The notes beneath the pieces are model-generated. The model searched no databases, had not been told where the DNA came from, and saw only the letters and a program-made list of their open reading frames with translations. This document shows positions 31,311 to 40,315 of a stretch of DNA of 64,000 bases, piece after piece; the stretch's first letter is position 1, and each line of letters begins with the position of its first letter. This DNA is from Candidatus Latescibacterota bacterium (GTDB lineage: Bacteria > Latescibacterota > UBA2968 > UBA8231). A program made the position numbers and the translations under genes. Location: assembly GCA_964291625.2 (NCBI GenBank), contig OZ220089.1, forward strand, positions 448,001 through 512,000, given 5' to 3'.

Positions 31311-32876
31311 GTGAACATCGGCGACCTGCTGACCAAGGCGGCCCGGACCTTCCCCGGCAACCCGGCCGTGGTCTACGGGGAGCGGCGCCTGGACTACGCG
31401 GAGTTCGACGGGCGGGTCAACTGCCTGGCCGCGGCCCTGTACCGCCTCGGCCTGGAGCCCGGCGGCACGGTGGCGGTGCTCATGCACAATCGCCCGGAGA
31501 TGCTGGAGTCGATCTTCGCCTGCTTCAAGGCGGGGTGCGCCGCCGTCCCCCTCAACTTCCGCCTGCACCCGCGGGAGCTGGCCTGGATCATCGACCACGC
31601 CCGGGCCGGGGTGGTGCTCGCCAGCGACGCCTTCGCCGAGACCGCGGGCGCCATGCGGTCCGAGCTTCCCCACCTGCGGCACCTCGTCGTCGCCGGAGGC
31701 CCCGCCGATGGCGCCCTCGACTACGAGGAGCTGCTGGCGGCCGGCTCCGACCGCTTCGAGACCGCCCCGGCGGAGCCCGACGACACGGCCTGGCTGTTCT
31801 ACACCTCGGGCACCACGGGCCTGCCCAAGGGGGCGATGCTCACCCACCGCAACCTGCTGGCCATGACCATGGGGTTCTACGCCGACATGTGCCCCGGCTT
31901 CGGCACCTCCGAGGTGGTCCTCCACGCCGCCCCCCTCTCCCACGGCAGCGGCCTCTACGCTCTGCCGAACGTGGGCAAAGCCGCGGCCCACGTCATCCCG
32001 CCGTCGCCCTCCTTCGACCCCGAGCAGGCCCTGCGCGACATCGAGACCCACCGGGTGACCAACCTCTTCGCGGCGCCGACCATGGTGAAGCGGATGGTCG
32101 ACAGCCCCGCCATCGACGAGCGCGACCACGGCTCCCTCAAGGCGGTCGTCTACGGCGGCGCCCCCATGCTGGCGGAGGACCTGCGCAAGGCGATGGAGAA
32201 GCTGGGGCCCTGCCTGGTGCAGCTCTACGGCCAGGCCGAGTCGCCCATGACGATCTCCCACCTGCCCCACGGCGACCACGTCCTCGACGGCAGCCCCGAC
32301 CAGACCCGCCGCCTCTCCTCCGCCGGCATCGCCCGCACCGACGTGGAGGTGCGCATCGTCGACGCCGAGGACCGGCCCCTGCCGCCGGGCGAGACCGGGG
32401 AGATCGTCACCCGCTCGGACCTGGTCATGAAGGGCTACTGGCGAGACGAGGAGGCCACCGCCGCGGCCCTGCGCGGGGGCTGGCTGCACACCGGCGACCT
32501 GGGCTACCTTGACGGGCAGGGGTACCTGTTCCTCATGGACCGCTCCAAGGACCTGATCATCAGCGGCGGCGAGAACATCTATCCGCGAGAGGTCGAGGAG
32601 GTGCTGGTGCAGCACCCCGCCGTGGGCGAGGTCGCCGTCATCGGCGTGCCCGACGAGGAGTGGGGCGAGGCGGTGAAGGCCGTCGTCGTCCTGGCCCCCG
32701 GCCGCAGCGCCACCGCCGGGGAGCTGATCGATTTCTGCCGGGGCCACCTGGCCAGCTACAAGAAGCCCCGGTCGGTCGACTTCGTCGACGAGATCCCCAA
32801 GAACAACTACGGCAAGATCGTCAAGAACGAGCTGCGCGAGCCCTACTGGCGGGGCCGCGAGCGGCGGGTCGTCTAA
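31311..32876 (+). CDS. Long-chain acyl-CoA ligase (AMP-binding)
   Basis: YTSGTTGLPKG, YGQAE, WLHTGD, GGENIYP. Confidence 0.95.
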   Translation: MNIGDLLTKAARTFPGNPAVVYGERRLDYAEFDGRVNCLAAALYRLGLEPGGTVAVLMHNRPEMLESIFACFKAGCAAVPLNFRLHPRELAWIIDHARAGVVLASDAFAETAGAMRSELPHLRHLVVAGGPADGALDYEELLAAGSDRFETAPAEPDDTAWLFYTSGTTGLPKGAMLTHRNLLAMTMGFYADMCPGFGTSEVVLHAAPLSHGSGLYALPNVGKAAAHVIPPSPSFDPEQALRDIETHRVTNLFAAPTMVKRMVDSPAIDERDHGSLKAVVYGGAPMLAEDLRKAMEKLGPCLVQLYGQAESPMTISHLPHGDHVLDGSPDQTRRLSSAGIARTDVEVRIVDAEDRPLPPGETGEIVTRSDLVMKGYWRDEEATAAALRGGWLHTGDLGYLDGQGYLFLMDRSKDLIISGGENIYPREVEEVLVQHPAVGEVAVIGVPDEEWGEAVKAVVVLAPGRSATAGELIDFCRGHLASYKKPRSVDFVDEIPKNNYGKIVKNELREPYWRGRERRVV

Positions 32877-32889
32877 CCACAGGAGAGCG

Positions 32890-34158
32890 ATGATGTCGAA
32901 GAAACGCAGACTCGGCCGCGGCGTGGCCATGGTGGGAGCGGGCATGTCCCGCTTCGGCATCTTCCCCGAGCGGGACACCAAGGACCTCTTCACCGAGGCC
33001 TTCCAGGCGATGACCGCCTCCGTCGACAAGGGCGTCGACCCGGCCGACATCGACGCCCTCTACCTGGGCAACTTCACCAACGACTTCTTCGCCGGACAGT
33101 CCCACTGGGGACCGATCCTCACCGACGCCCTCGGCATGATCCCCAAGCCGGCGACGCGCACCGAGGGCGCCTGCGCCTCCAGCGCCATCGCCTTCCGCGA
33201 GGGCGTCTTCGCCATCGCCTCCGGGTTCTACGACATGGTCCTCGTGGGCGGCGTGGAGGAGATGTCCAAGCGCTCCACCGCCGACGTGGCCGAGGGCTTG
33301 GCCCTGGCCGCCATCCCCTACGAGCGCCAGTCGGGCTTCACCTTCCCCGGCGTCTTCGGAGCCATCGGCACCGCCTACTTCGACCGCTACGGCGCCGACC
33401 GCCGGCACCTGATGGACGTGACCATCAAGAGCCACGACAACGCCCCCCTCAACCCCAGGGCCCAGTACCGCTCCTCCATCCGCACGATCATGGAGGGCAA
33501 GGCCGAGCGCGCCCGGAGCAAGGGCGAGGAGGTGCCCGAGTGGGAGGACGAGAAGGACTTCCTCTCCGACCCGCGGGCCAACCCCGTGGTGGCCTGGCCC
33601 ATGCACCTCTTCGACTGCTGCCCCATCAGCGACGGGGCCTGCTGCATCCTGCTGGTGGGCGAGGAGCTGGCCCGGCAGTTCACCGACGCGCCCCTGCACG
33701 TGGCCGGCCTCGGGCAGGCCAGCGGCCGCGGACTCCACGCCGCCGAAACCCTCACCAGCTTCGAGGCCACCCGCCACGCCGCCGCCGAGGCCTACGGCAT
33801 GGCCGACATGGGCCCCGAGGACATCCAGATGGCCGAGGTCCACGACTGCTTCTCCGTCTCCGAGATCCTCCACCTCGAGGACCTCGGCTTCTACGAGCCC
33901 GGGGAGGGCTACAAGGCCGTCTCCGACGGGGCCACCCGCCTCGACGGGCCCAAGCCGGTCAACACCTCGGGAGGCCTCAAGTGCAAGGGCCACCCCGTGG
34001 GCGCCACCGGCGTGGCCCAGCTCGTGGAGCTGTGGGAGCAGCTGCGCCACCAAGCCGGCGACCGCCAGGTGCCGAATGCGGACCTGCGGGTCGGGGCGGC
34101 CCAGAACCTGGGCGGCACCGGCGGCACCTGCACGGTGACCATCCTCGAGAGGAGGTGA
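32890..34158 (+). CDS. SCP2-type thiolase-domain protein
   Basis: EGACASS, EVHDCF, KGHPVGATG. Confidence 0.92.
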   Translation: MMSKKRRLGRGVAMVGAGMSRFGIFPERDTKDLFTEAFQAMTASVDKGVDPADIDALYLGNFTNDFFAGQSHWGPILTDALGMIPKPATRTEGACASSAIAFREGVFAIASGFYDMVLVGGVEEMSKRSTADVAEGLALAAIPYERQSGFTFPGVFGAIGTAYFDRYGADRRHLMDVTIKSHDNAPLNPRAQYRSSIRTIMEGKAERARSKGEEVPEWEDEKDFLSDPRANPVVAWPMHLFDCCPISDGACCILLVGEELARQFTDAPLHVAGLGQASGRGLHAAETLTSFEATRHAAAEAYGMADMGPEDIQMAEVHDCFSVSEILHLEDLGFYEPGEGYKAVSDGATRLDGPKPVNTSGGLKCKGHPVGATGVAQLVELWEQLRHQAGDRQVPNADLRVGAAQNLGGTGGTCTVTILERR

Positions 34159-34163
34159 GCCCC

Positions 34164-34595
34164 ATGTCCGCCCCCCCGCCCCCGATGACCGACCACTCCT
34201 TCGGCCGGTTCCTCCTCGAGGAGAAGCTCATGGGCAGCCGCTGCGCCGGCTGCGGCGCCCTCTTCGTGCCGCCGCGGGCGATCTGCCCGGAGTGCCGCGG
34301 CACCGGCATGACCTGGGAGCAGATGCGGGGCACGGGCACCCTGACGGCCTTCACCTGCATCGCCATGGCCACCCCCGCCCTGCAGGCCGAGGGCTACGGC
34401 CGCGACAACCCCTTCTGCACCGGCGTGGTCGCCCTGGACGAGGGCCCCCGGGTGGTGGCCCGCATCGAGGGTTTCGACACCACCCGGCCGGAGGAGATCC
34501 ACCTCGGCGCGCCGCTGCGGGTGCGGTTCCTGCGGCGGGGCGAGGGGGAGGAGGAGCGGGCGGTGCTGGCTTTTAGGGTGGGGACTCCCGGATGA
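34164..34595 (+). CDS. DUF35 zinc-ribbon/OB-fold protein
   Basis: CAGC...PPRAICPEC; typical partner of this thiolase class. Confidence 0.9.
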   Translation: MSAPPPPMTDHSFGRFLLEEKLMGSRCAGCGALFVPPRAICPECRGTGMTWEQMRGTGTLTAFTCIAMATPALQAEGYGRDNPFCTGVVALDEGPRVVARIEGFDTTRPEEIHLGAPLRVRFLRRGEGEEERAVLAFRVGTPG

Positions 34596-34762
34596 TCGAC
34601 GATCCGGTGGTCGAGGAGATTCGCCGGCACCGCAAGGCCCACGCCGCCGAACATGGGAATGATCTTGACCGTATCGTGAAGGCCCTCCGCCAGCGTGAGC
34701 GAGAATCCGACCGGCCGCTGCTGAATCCGGGGCCACAGCCGTTGAGCCCGACCCGGAGCTGA
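34592..34762 (+). CDS. Small 56-aa protein (DPxVEEIR family, usually a PIN-toxin partner)
   Basis: Below the ORF-track cutoff: MIDDPVVEEIRRHRKAHAAEHGNDLDRIVKALRQRERESDRPLLNPGPQPLSPTRS; ATGA overlap. Confidence 0.7.
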   Translation: MIDDPVVEEIRRHRKAHAAEHGNDLDRIVKALRQRERESDRPLLNPGPQPLSPTRS

Positions 34763-36300
34763 GTCGAATCAGCATCCCCCCCTCCCCCCACGACACCGGG
34801 ACCTACCCGGCGCGGACCCACCTCTTCCTGGACGACCTCCACGTGGGCCGCCTCGACGGCCTGCGGCGCCTGCCCGGGCCGGTCACGCATGCCGCCAGCG
34901 GACCGGTATTGGAGCCCGAGACACCTTGGGAGGGGCTCGGCCTCATCGGCCGCAACAGCATCCTCTGGGACGAGGAGGCTGCCCGCTTCAAGTGCTGGTA
35001 TCCGTCCTTCGATCCGGCCCTGCCCGGGGAACCGGTGGGGGCCCGGCGGCGGTGGGCGTACGCCGAGAGCGCCGACGGCGTCCACTGGGAGCGGCCCGAC
35101 CTGGGGCTCACCTCCTTCGCCGGCTCCACCGCCAACAACCTGCTGCGCCTGGAGGGACTGGACGAGTCGGCGGCGGTCCTGTGGAGCGTCCGCAGGGACC
35201 CGGACGACCCCGACCCGGGGCGGCGCTACAAGGCGATCGGCATGGACCGCCATCCCCGGCGCCCGGGCGAGCCGACGTGGACCGGTCCCGACGGCGAGGA
35301 CGAGTGGTACCGCAGCCAGGGGCGGCACATGGGCTGCGGCCTCTTCATCGCCTTCTCGGCCGACGGGCTCACCTGGCGCCAGCGCGAGGGCTGGGCGGGG
35401 TCCGGGGCCCTGATCATGGACAACTCCATCCTCCACGGGTACGACCCCCACACCCGGCGCTGGCTGCTGTGGCAGCGGCCGCGGATCCTGCCCAAGCACC
35501 GGGTGATCGGCGTCAGCTTCTCCCCCGACTTCGAGGACTGGACCTTCCCCGAGTGCGTCCTCGTGCCGGACGAGGACGACCCGCCGGACACCCAGTTCGA
35601 CCAGCTCTCGACGGTGGCCGCCTCGGACGGCGGCTTCGTGGGGCTCCTGTCCGCCTCCTCGGAGGTGCGCGCCGACCGGGGCGTGACCGACATCGTGCCC
35701 CAGCTCGTCTACTCCCGCGACGCCCGTCGCTGGACCCGCGTCGACCGCGGGCCCTTCCTGGCTCCGAAGGAGGCGCCGCCGACCTGGGACGACGGCTGCA
35801 TCATCCCCTTCAACCCGCAGGTCGCCGGCGACGAGGTCTTCATCTTCTACTACGGCAAGAACGCCGGCCACATCTGGGGCGAGCCCACCGCCGATGGCCG
35901 CGTGACCCGCTCCGCCTTCGGCCTGGTGAAGCTGCGCCGCGACCGCTGGGTCGCCCTGACCGCCACGGCCGGCGGCTCCGCGGGCGGCGGCGAGGGCACC
36001 CTGACCACGTCCCTGATCAGCTTCTGCCGCCCGGAGCTGCGCCTGAACGCCGACGCCTCGAGCGGCTCCATCGCCGTGGAGCTGGTGGACTGCCAGAGCG
36101 GTCGGGCGGTACCCGGCTTCGGCCTGGACGACTGCGACCCAATGCGCGGCGACTCCCTGGACCACCCTGTGACCTGGCGCGGCAGCGGCGACCTGTCGGC
36201 GGTCATCGGCACCGGGAGCCGCCAGCCGCAGGTGGGCCGGGCCCTGGTGATCCGCGCGCGGCTCCGGGACGGCGCCCGGCTCTACGGGATCACCTGCTGA
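34759..36300 (+). CDS. Glycosidase-like beta-propeller protein (probable CTG start)
   Basis: HLFLDD N-terminal motif lies upstream of the first GTG (34843); YAESADGVHWERPDLG, RRYKA, LRRDRWVAL, LRLNADA. Confidence 0.7.
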   Translation: MSRISIPPSPHDTGTYPARTHLFLDDLHVGRLDGLRRLPGPVTHAASGPVLEPETPWEGLGLIGRNSILWDEEAARFKCWYPSFDPALPGEPVGARRRWAYAESADGVHWERPDLGLTSFAGSTANNLLRLEGLDESAAVLWSVRRDPDDPDPGRRYKAIGMDRHPRRPGEPTWTGPDGEDEWYRSQGRHMGCGLFIAFSADGLTWRQREGWAGSGALIMDNSILHGYDPHTRRWLLWQRPRILPKHRVIGVSFSPDFEDWTFPECVLVPDEDDPPDTQFDQLSTVAASDGGFVGLLSASSEVRADRGVTDIVPQLVYSRDARRWTRVDRGPFLAPKEAPPTWDDGCIIPFNPQVAGDEVFIFYYGKNAGHIWGEPTADGRVTRSAFGLVKLRRDRWVALTATAGGSAGGGEGTLTTSLISFCRPELRLNADASSGSIAVELVDCQSGRAVPGFGLDDCDPMRGDSLDHPVTWRGSGDLSAVIGTGSRQPQVGRALVIRARLRDGARLYGITC

Positions 36301-36328
36301 GAGGTGCGGCGCCCGGCCGTCCGGCGCC

Positions 36329-37405
36329 TCAGGTCAGCCGCCACTCCACCCCGTGCTCGGCGGTGGCCTGGCGGAACCAGTCGATGACCTCGGGGTGGTA
36401 GGGGATGCCCCGCTCGGCCCGCTCCACCGCCGTCTGCGCCTCGGGCCAGCCCGAGTAGAGGACGCGGTCGGCCCCGGGGGCGGGCGGACACTCGAGCAGG
36501 TCGGTGAGGTACTGGTCGAGGTCGGCCTTGAAGTCGGCGGGGTCGCAGAAGCCGGCGATGTCCCAGGCGACGAAGTGGTGGACCGAATCGCTCCGGCGCC
36601 GGGGTCCGGCCCCGGTAGCGGTGAGCACCGTGGTCAGCACCTCCGACATGACCGACAGGGCATAGCCCTTCTGGGAGCCTCCCTCCCGGGTCGAGCCGAG
36701 GGGCAGCATCATGTAGGACTCGGGGATCTCCGTCTCCTCCAGGATCGGGGTGCCGTGCTCGTCGGCGATCCAGCCGGGCAGCACCGTCTGCCCCAGGCGC
36801 CGGGCCAGGAAGATCCTGTTGGCGGCCACCACGCTCGGCGAGCCGTCGTAGACGAAGGGCGGGTGTTTCCCCGCCGGCGCGGCGAAGGCCAGGGCGTTGA
36901 GGCCGAGGAGGGCCTTCGATCCGAAGGTGGGCGCCATGCCGAGGCCGCCGGTGGTCGTGGCCATACCCAGCATCTCCCGCTCCAGGGGCATCTCGGCGTA
37001 GTAGGAGCAGGGGCCCAGGTGCCCGCAGTTGACCGCCGACACGGCGCCGACCCCGAACCGGGAGGCCCGCTCGATCGCCTCCTGCATGGCCACGGGGGAG
37101 ACCACCATGCCGTGGCCCCGGTCCCCGTCGATGAGGGCGGTCGCCTTGTTGTCGCGGACGATCTTCCAGTCCGGCGTGGGGTTGATGGCGCCCGAGGTCA
37201 GGCCCCCCAGGTAGAACCGCAGCAGGTTGGAGACGCCGTGGGTGTCGACGCCCCTCAGGTCGGCGTAGATCAGCACGTCGGCGGTCTTCGCGGCGTCCTC
37301 CGCCGGCATGCCGAGGGCCTCCAGGAGGCGCTCGGTGGTCCACCTCATCTCCTCGGGCCGGACCCGGACCTCCTGGTCCTCGGACACCTTGTACTTCTCG
37401 AGCAT
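36329..37405 (-). CDS. Ldh_2-family (malate/L-lactate/L-sulfolactate-type) oxidoreductase
   Basis: ADLRGVDTHG, DGDRGHG, GSQKGYAL; GAGGAG RBS. Confidence 0.92.
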   Translation of the reverse strand: MLEKYKVSEDQEVRVRPEEMRWTTERLLEALGMPAEDAAKTADVLIYADLRGVDTHGVSNLLRFYLGGLTSGAINPTPDWKIVRDNKATALIDGDRGHGMVVSPVAMQEAIERASRFGVGAVSAVNCGHLGPCSYYAEMPLEREMLGMATTTGGLGMAPTFGSKALLGLNALAFAAPAGKHPPFVYDGSPSVVAANRIFLARRLGQTVLPGWIADEHGTPILEETEIPESYMMLPLGSTREGGSQKGYALSVMSEVLTTVLTATGAGPRRRSDSVHHFVAWDIAGFCDPADFKADLDQYLTDLLECPPAPGADRVLYSGWPEAQTAVERAERGIPYHPEVIDWFRQATAEHGVEWRLT

Positions 37406-37503
37406 GTGCGGTCTCCTCGGGGGCGGCGGCCGGCGCAGCGGACAAAGGCCAGCCGGGGCGGGACCTCCCATCGGCCGGCGGCGCGGAGCGGCCGCCGGGC
37501 GGC

Positions 37504-38751
37504 TCAGGCCGGTCCCGGGTGCAGGTCCAGGGCCAGGGACCGGAAGTCGCGGACGCGGTGGAGGGTGACCCGGTCGTTGTCGTGCTGGTTGCGCGAGCTC
37601 TCCGCCGTGCGCGACGACACGAGCAGGTCGTCGCCGTCGACGACGGCGGCGTTGTACTGGAAGCCCTGGCCGGGGCCGGGCCAGCGGGCGATGCACCCGG
37701 CGGGGAACCAGTTCAGGGCGTCGAGGCTGTAGAACAGCATGAGGAAGCGGCGCTCGTTGCCGGCGCCCCCGGCCAGGCCGCGTTCGGCCATGGCCCGCCC
37801 CCACTCCACGTCCTGGGCCCGCGTCGGCAGGTTCACGGGAGTCCAGTAGTACCCGTCCGGCCCGTCGCGGATGACGTGGAAGTAGGCGTTGCCCGGGAAG
37901 GGGTGGAACTGCGTGAAGCGCAGATCCAGCTCCCCGCCTTCGTCCTCCAGGTCGCAGATGGCGCACAGGTGGGGCGTCGACTGGCCGTCGATCCGCAGGC
38001 GGACGTAGACCCGGACCCGGCCGTCCACGAGGACGACGTTGGGCTCGAGCCAGTGGTCGCCCATGTCCGGCGCCTGGTCGCGGTAGGTCGGCGCCAGGGT
38101 GGCCCCCGGGTACTGGACGGCGGCGTCGACCTGCTCCGCCAGTCCCCGGCTCAGGCCTGGCGGCGTGCCCGGGTAGGTCAGGGGCGGGGAGATGCGCCAC
38201 GCCGAGGGGTCCATCAGGTCGTCGGCGCCGAGATCGCCGGCGACGGCGGCGATCCGCGACCCGGCGCGGTTGAAGTTCCCGGCCTCGTTGGCGGCGCCGA
38301 AGCACCAGTAGAGGGTGTCGCCGCGCACGGCGTGGGGGGTGAAGGTGTTCCAGTAGGGGCCCCTGAAGAGGACCACGGGATCGCTCCAGGTCCCCCCCTC
38401 GTCGTCGCTGGCCACCAGCAGGATGTCCCGCCGGCCACGGCCGTTGCACAGCAGGTAGAGCCGCTCCCGGTGGACGAAGACGAGGCCGTCGCCGACCCGC
38501 GCCCGGCCCCGGCGCCGCCAGGTCCGCCCGTCGTCGTCGCTGGTCCAGAAGCGGGTCCTCAGCTCCTGGTCGGGGTTCCCCGGCAGCCGGTTGAGGCGCG
38601 TGAGCAGGGCGAAGCTGCACAGCAGCCGGCCGCTGGGCAGACGCACCAGGGAAGGGGCGGAGGAGTAGACCTCCGGATCGGGGATCAGAAAGATCTCGGT
38701 GCTTTCCTGGGCCAGGGGCTGCGACCAGCAGTGCGAGGGGATCCGGGCCAT
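37504..38751 (-). CDS. Sialidase-like (BNR/Asp-box) protein
   Basis: SDDDGRTW, SDDEGGTW, SLDALNW Asp-boxes; WLEPNVV. Confidence 0.75.
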   Translation of the reverse strand: MARIPSHCWSQPLAQESTEIFLIPDPEVYSSAPSLVRLPSGRLLCSFALLTRLNRLPGNPDQELRTRFWTSDDDGRTWRRRGRARVGDGLVFVHRERLYLLCNGRGRRDILLVASDDEGGTWSDPVVLFRGPYWNTFTPHAVRGDTLYWCFGAANEAGNFNRAGSRIAAVAGDLGADDLMDPSAWRISPPLTYPGTPPGLSRGLAEQVDAAVQYPGATLAPTYRDQAPDMGDHWLEPNVVLVDGRVRVYVRLRIDGQSTPHLCAICDLEDEGGELDLRFTQFHPFPGNAYFHVIRDGPDGYYWTPVNLPTRAQDVEWGRAMAERGLAGGAGNERRFLMLFYSLDALNWFPAGCIARWPGPGQGFQYNAAVVDGDDLLVSSRTAESSRNQHDNDRVTLHRVRDFRSLALDLHPGPA

Positions 38752-38785
38752 TCGGTCAGCCTCTCAGGACGGCGGGGTTGGGCGC

Positions 38786-40315
38786 TCAGTCCCCGAGGGG
38801 CCCGACCGAGTCCAGGCCCTCCGGCTGGGGCAGGACGTAGCGCACGGGCTGCACCGAGCCGTCGGCGCGGGTCACCCGCCGCACGCGGCGGGTCTTGATG
38901 ACGGAGTGTTCCACCAGCACGTCGTCGTCGATGCGGCAGCCGTAGAGGTAGCTGGTGCCCTTCACGGTCACCCCGCGGCCGACGCGCATGGGGTGATCGT
39001 CGGAGCCGGTCATGATGACGCCCGACTCGATGCGGCTGCCGGCGCCAACGACGCTGTTGCCCTTGAGGACGCTGCGGTCGAGGACCTCCACCCCCTCCTC
39101 CAGGACCATGGTCTGGCGGGGGTAGGTGCTCAGGCGCACGCCGGCGCCGATGCGCACCCCCTCCCCCAGGACCACGCGGCCGCTGAGCTCGCAGCGGTCG
39201 CCGAGGTGGACCCGGCGGTCGAGCTGGACCCCGGCGCCGACGCTGGCGCCCTTGCCGATGACGATGTCGAGGGGCCCCCGGTCCTTGTCGAGGGCGACGA
39301 TCTGCTCGATCACCTCGTCGGCGAGGTAGAAGTCCTCGTCGTCGACGATGGTGACGATATCCATGAGGCGCTCGTAGGCGCGGCGCCGGGCGATCGCCTC
39401 CATGCGGCGCCAGACGCTCTTGACGTTGAAGCCGAGGATCTCGTCGCCGTTGGCGGCGGGCACGGCGCGCACCACGAGACCGTGGCCGTTGAAGATCTCC
39501 ACCAGGTCGGTGAGCATCAGCTCGCCCTGGACGTTGTCGGTGTCCATGGCGCCGATGTGGGCCCGCAGGGCCGACTCGCGGAAGCAGACGACGAGGGTGT
39601 TGATCTCGCCCGTCTCCAGCAGCTCCCGTCGGTGGAAGACGTAGCGCCGGCCGCGGTAGTCCAGCTCCTCGGAGCCGCCCTCGGGCAGGCCGAGGATGTC
39701 GCCGTGCTCCTTGATGGCGATCACCCGGCCGGCGTCCTCGCCGGCGTCGCCGCCGTCGGCGTCGACCGGAGGGACGCGGACGATGCGGCCGTAGTAGTTC
39801 TGCTCCGCGGGGCCGTCGTAGAGACCGGTGAGGACCATCATGTCGCAGGGCTCGGACTCGAAGGCGCGGCGGAAGTGGGCGACCACGTTCTCGGTGAGCA
39901 GCCCCATGTCGCCGGGGAAGATGTAGACCTGGCGGTCCCGGCCTTCGGGGGGCGGGTCGAAGTGATCGAGGGCGACGCGCACGGCGTCGCCGGTGCCGGC
40001 GGGCAGCCCGAGGACGGGGTTCTCCTGGTAGGCGAAGCGGCGGCCCGGGCGGGGGCCGAGGTGGTCGGCCACCTCCTCTCCCTTGATCCCCACCACGAGC
40101 ACCTGGTTCGGGCTCTCCAGGCCGGCGGCCACGGCGTCGGCGACGCGCACCACCGTCGGCCGTCCCCAGATCTCGTGGAGCATCTTGGAGGTGTCGGAGC
40201 GGATGCGCTTGCCGTGGCCGGCGGCCAGCACCACGCCGACTCGCCCCGGCTCCTCCAGCAGGGGCGAGTCCAGCTCGCGCAGGCGGGCGCGGAGGCGGCG
40301 GCCGTCCGGGGGCAT
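38786..40315 (-). CDS. GlmU-like sugar-phosphate nucleotidyltransferase with a hexapeptide (LbH) C-terminus
   Basis: LAAGHGKRIRS...KMLH, GTGDAV, YGRI, EIN, NVQGELMLTD; hexapeptide repeats. Confidence 0.8.
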   Translation of the reverse strand: MPPDGRRLRARLRELDSPLLEEPGRVGVVLAAGHGKRIRSDTSKMLHEIWGRPTVVRVADAVAAGLESPNQVLVVGIKGEEVADHLGPRPGRRFAYQENPVLGLPAGTGDAVRVALDHFDPPPEGRDRQVYIFPGDMGLLTENVVAHFRRAFESEPCDMMVLTGLYDGPAEQNYYGRIVRVPPVDADGGDAGEDAGRVIAIKEHGDILGLPEGGSEELDYRGRRYVFHRRELLETGEINTLVVCFRESALRAHIGAMDTDNVQGELMLTDLVEIFNGHGLVVRAVPAANGDEILGFNVKSVWRRMEAIARRRAYERLMDIVTIVDDEDFYLADEVIEQIVALDKDRGPLDIVIGKGASVGAGVQLDRRVHLGDRCELSGRVVLGEGVRIGAGVRLSTYPRQTMVLEEGVEVLDRSVLKGNSVVGAGSRIESGVIMTGSDDHPMRVGRGVTVKGTSYLYGCRIDDDVLVEHSVIKTRRVRRVTRADGSVQPVRYVLPQPEGLDSVGPLGD

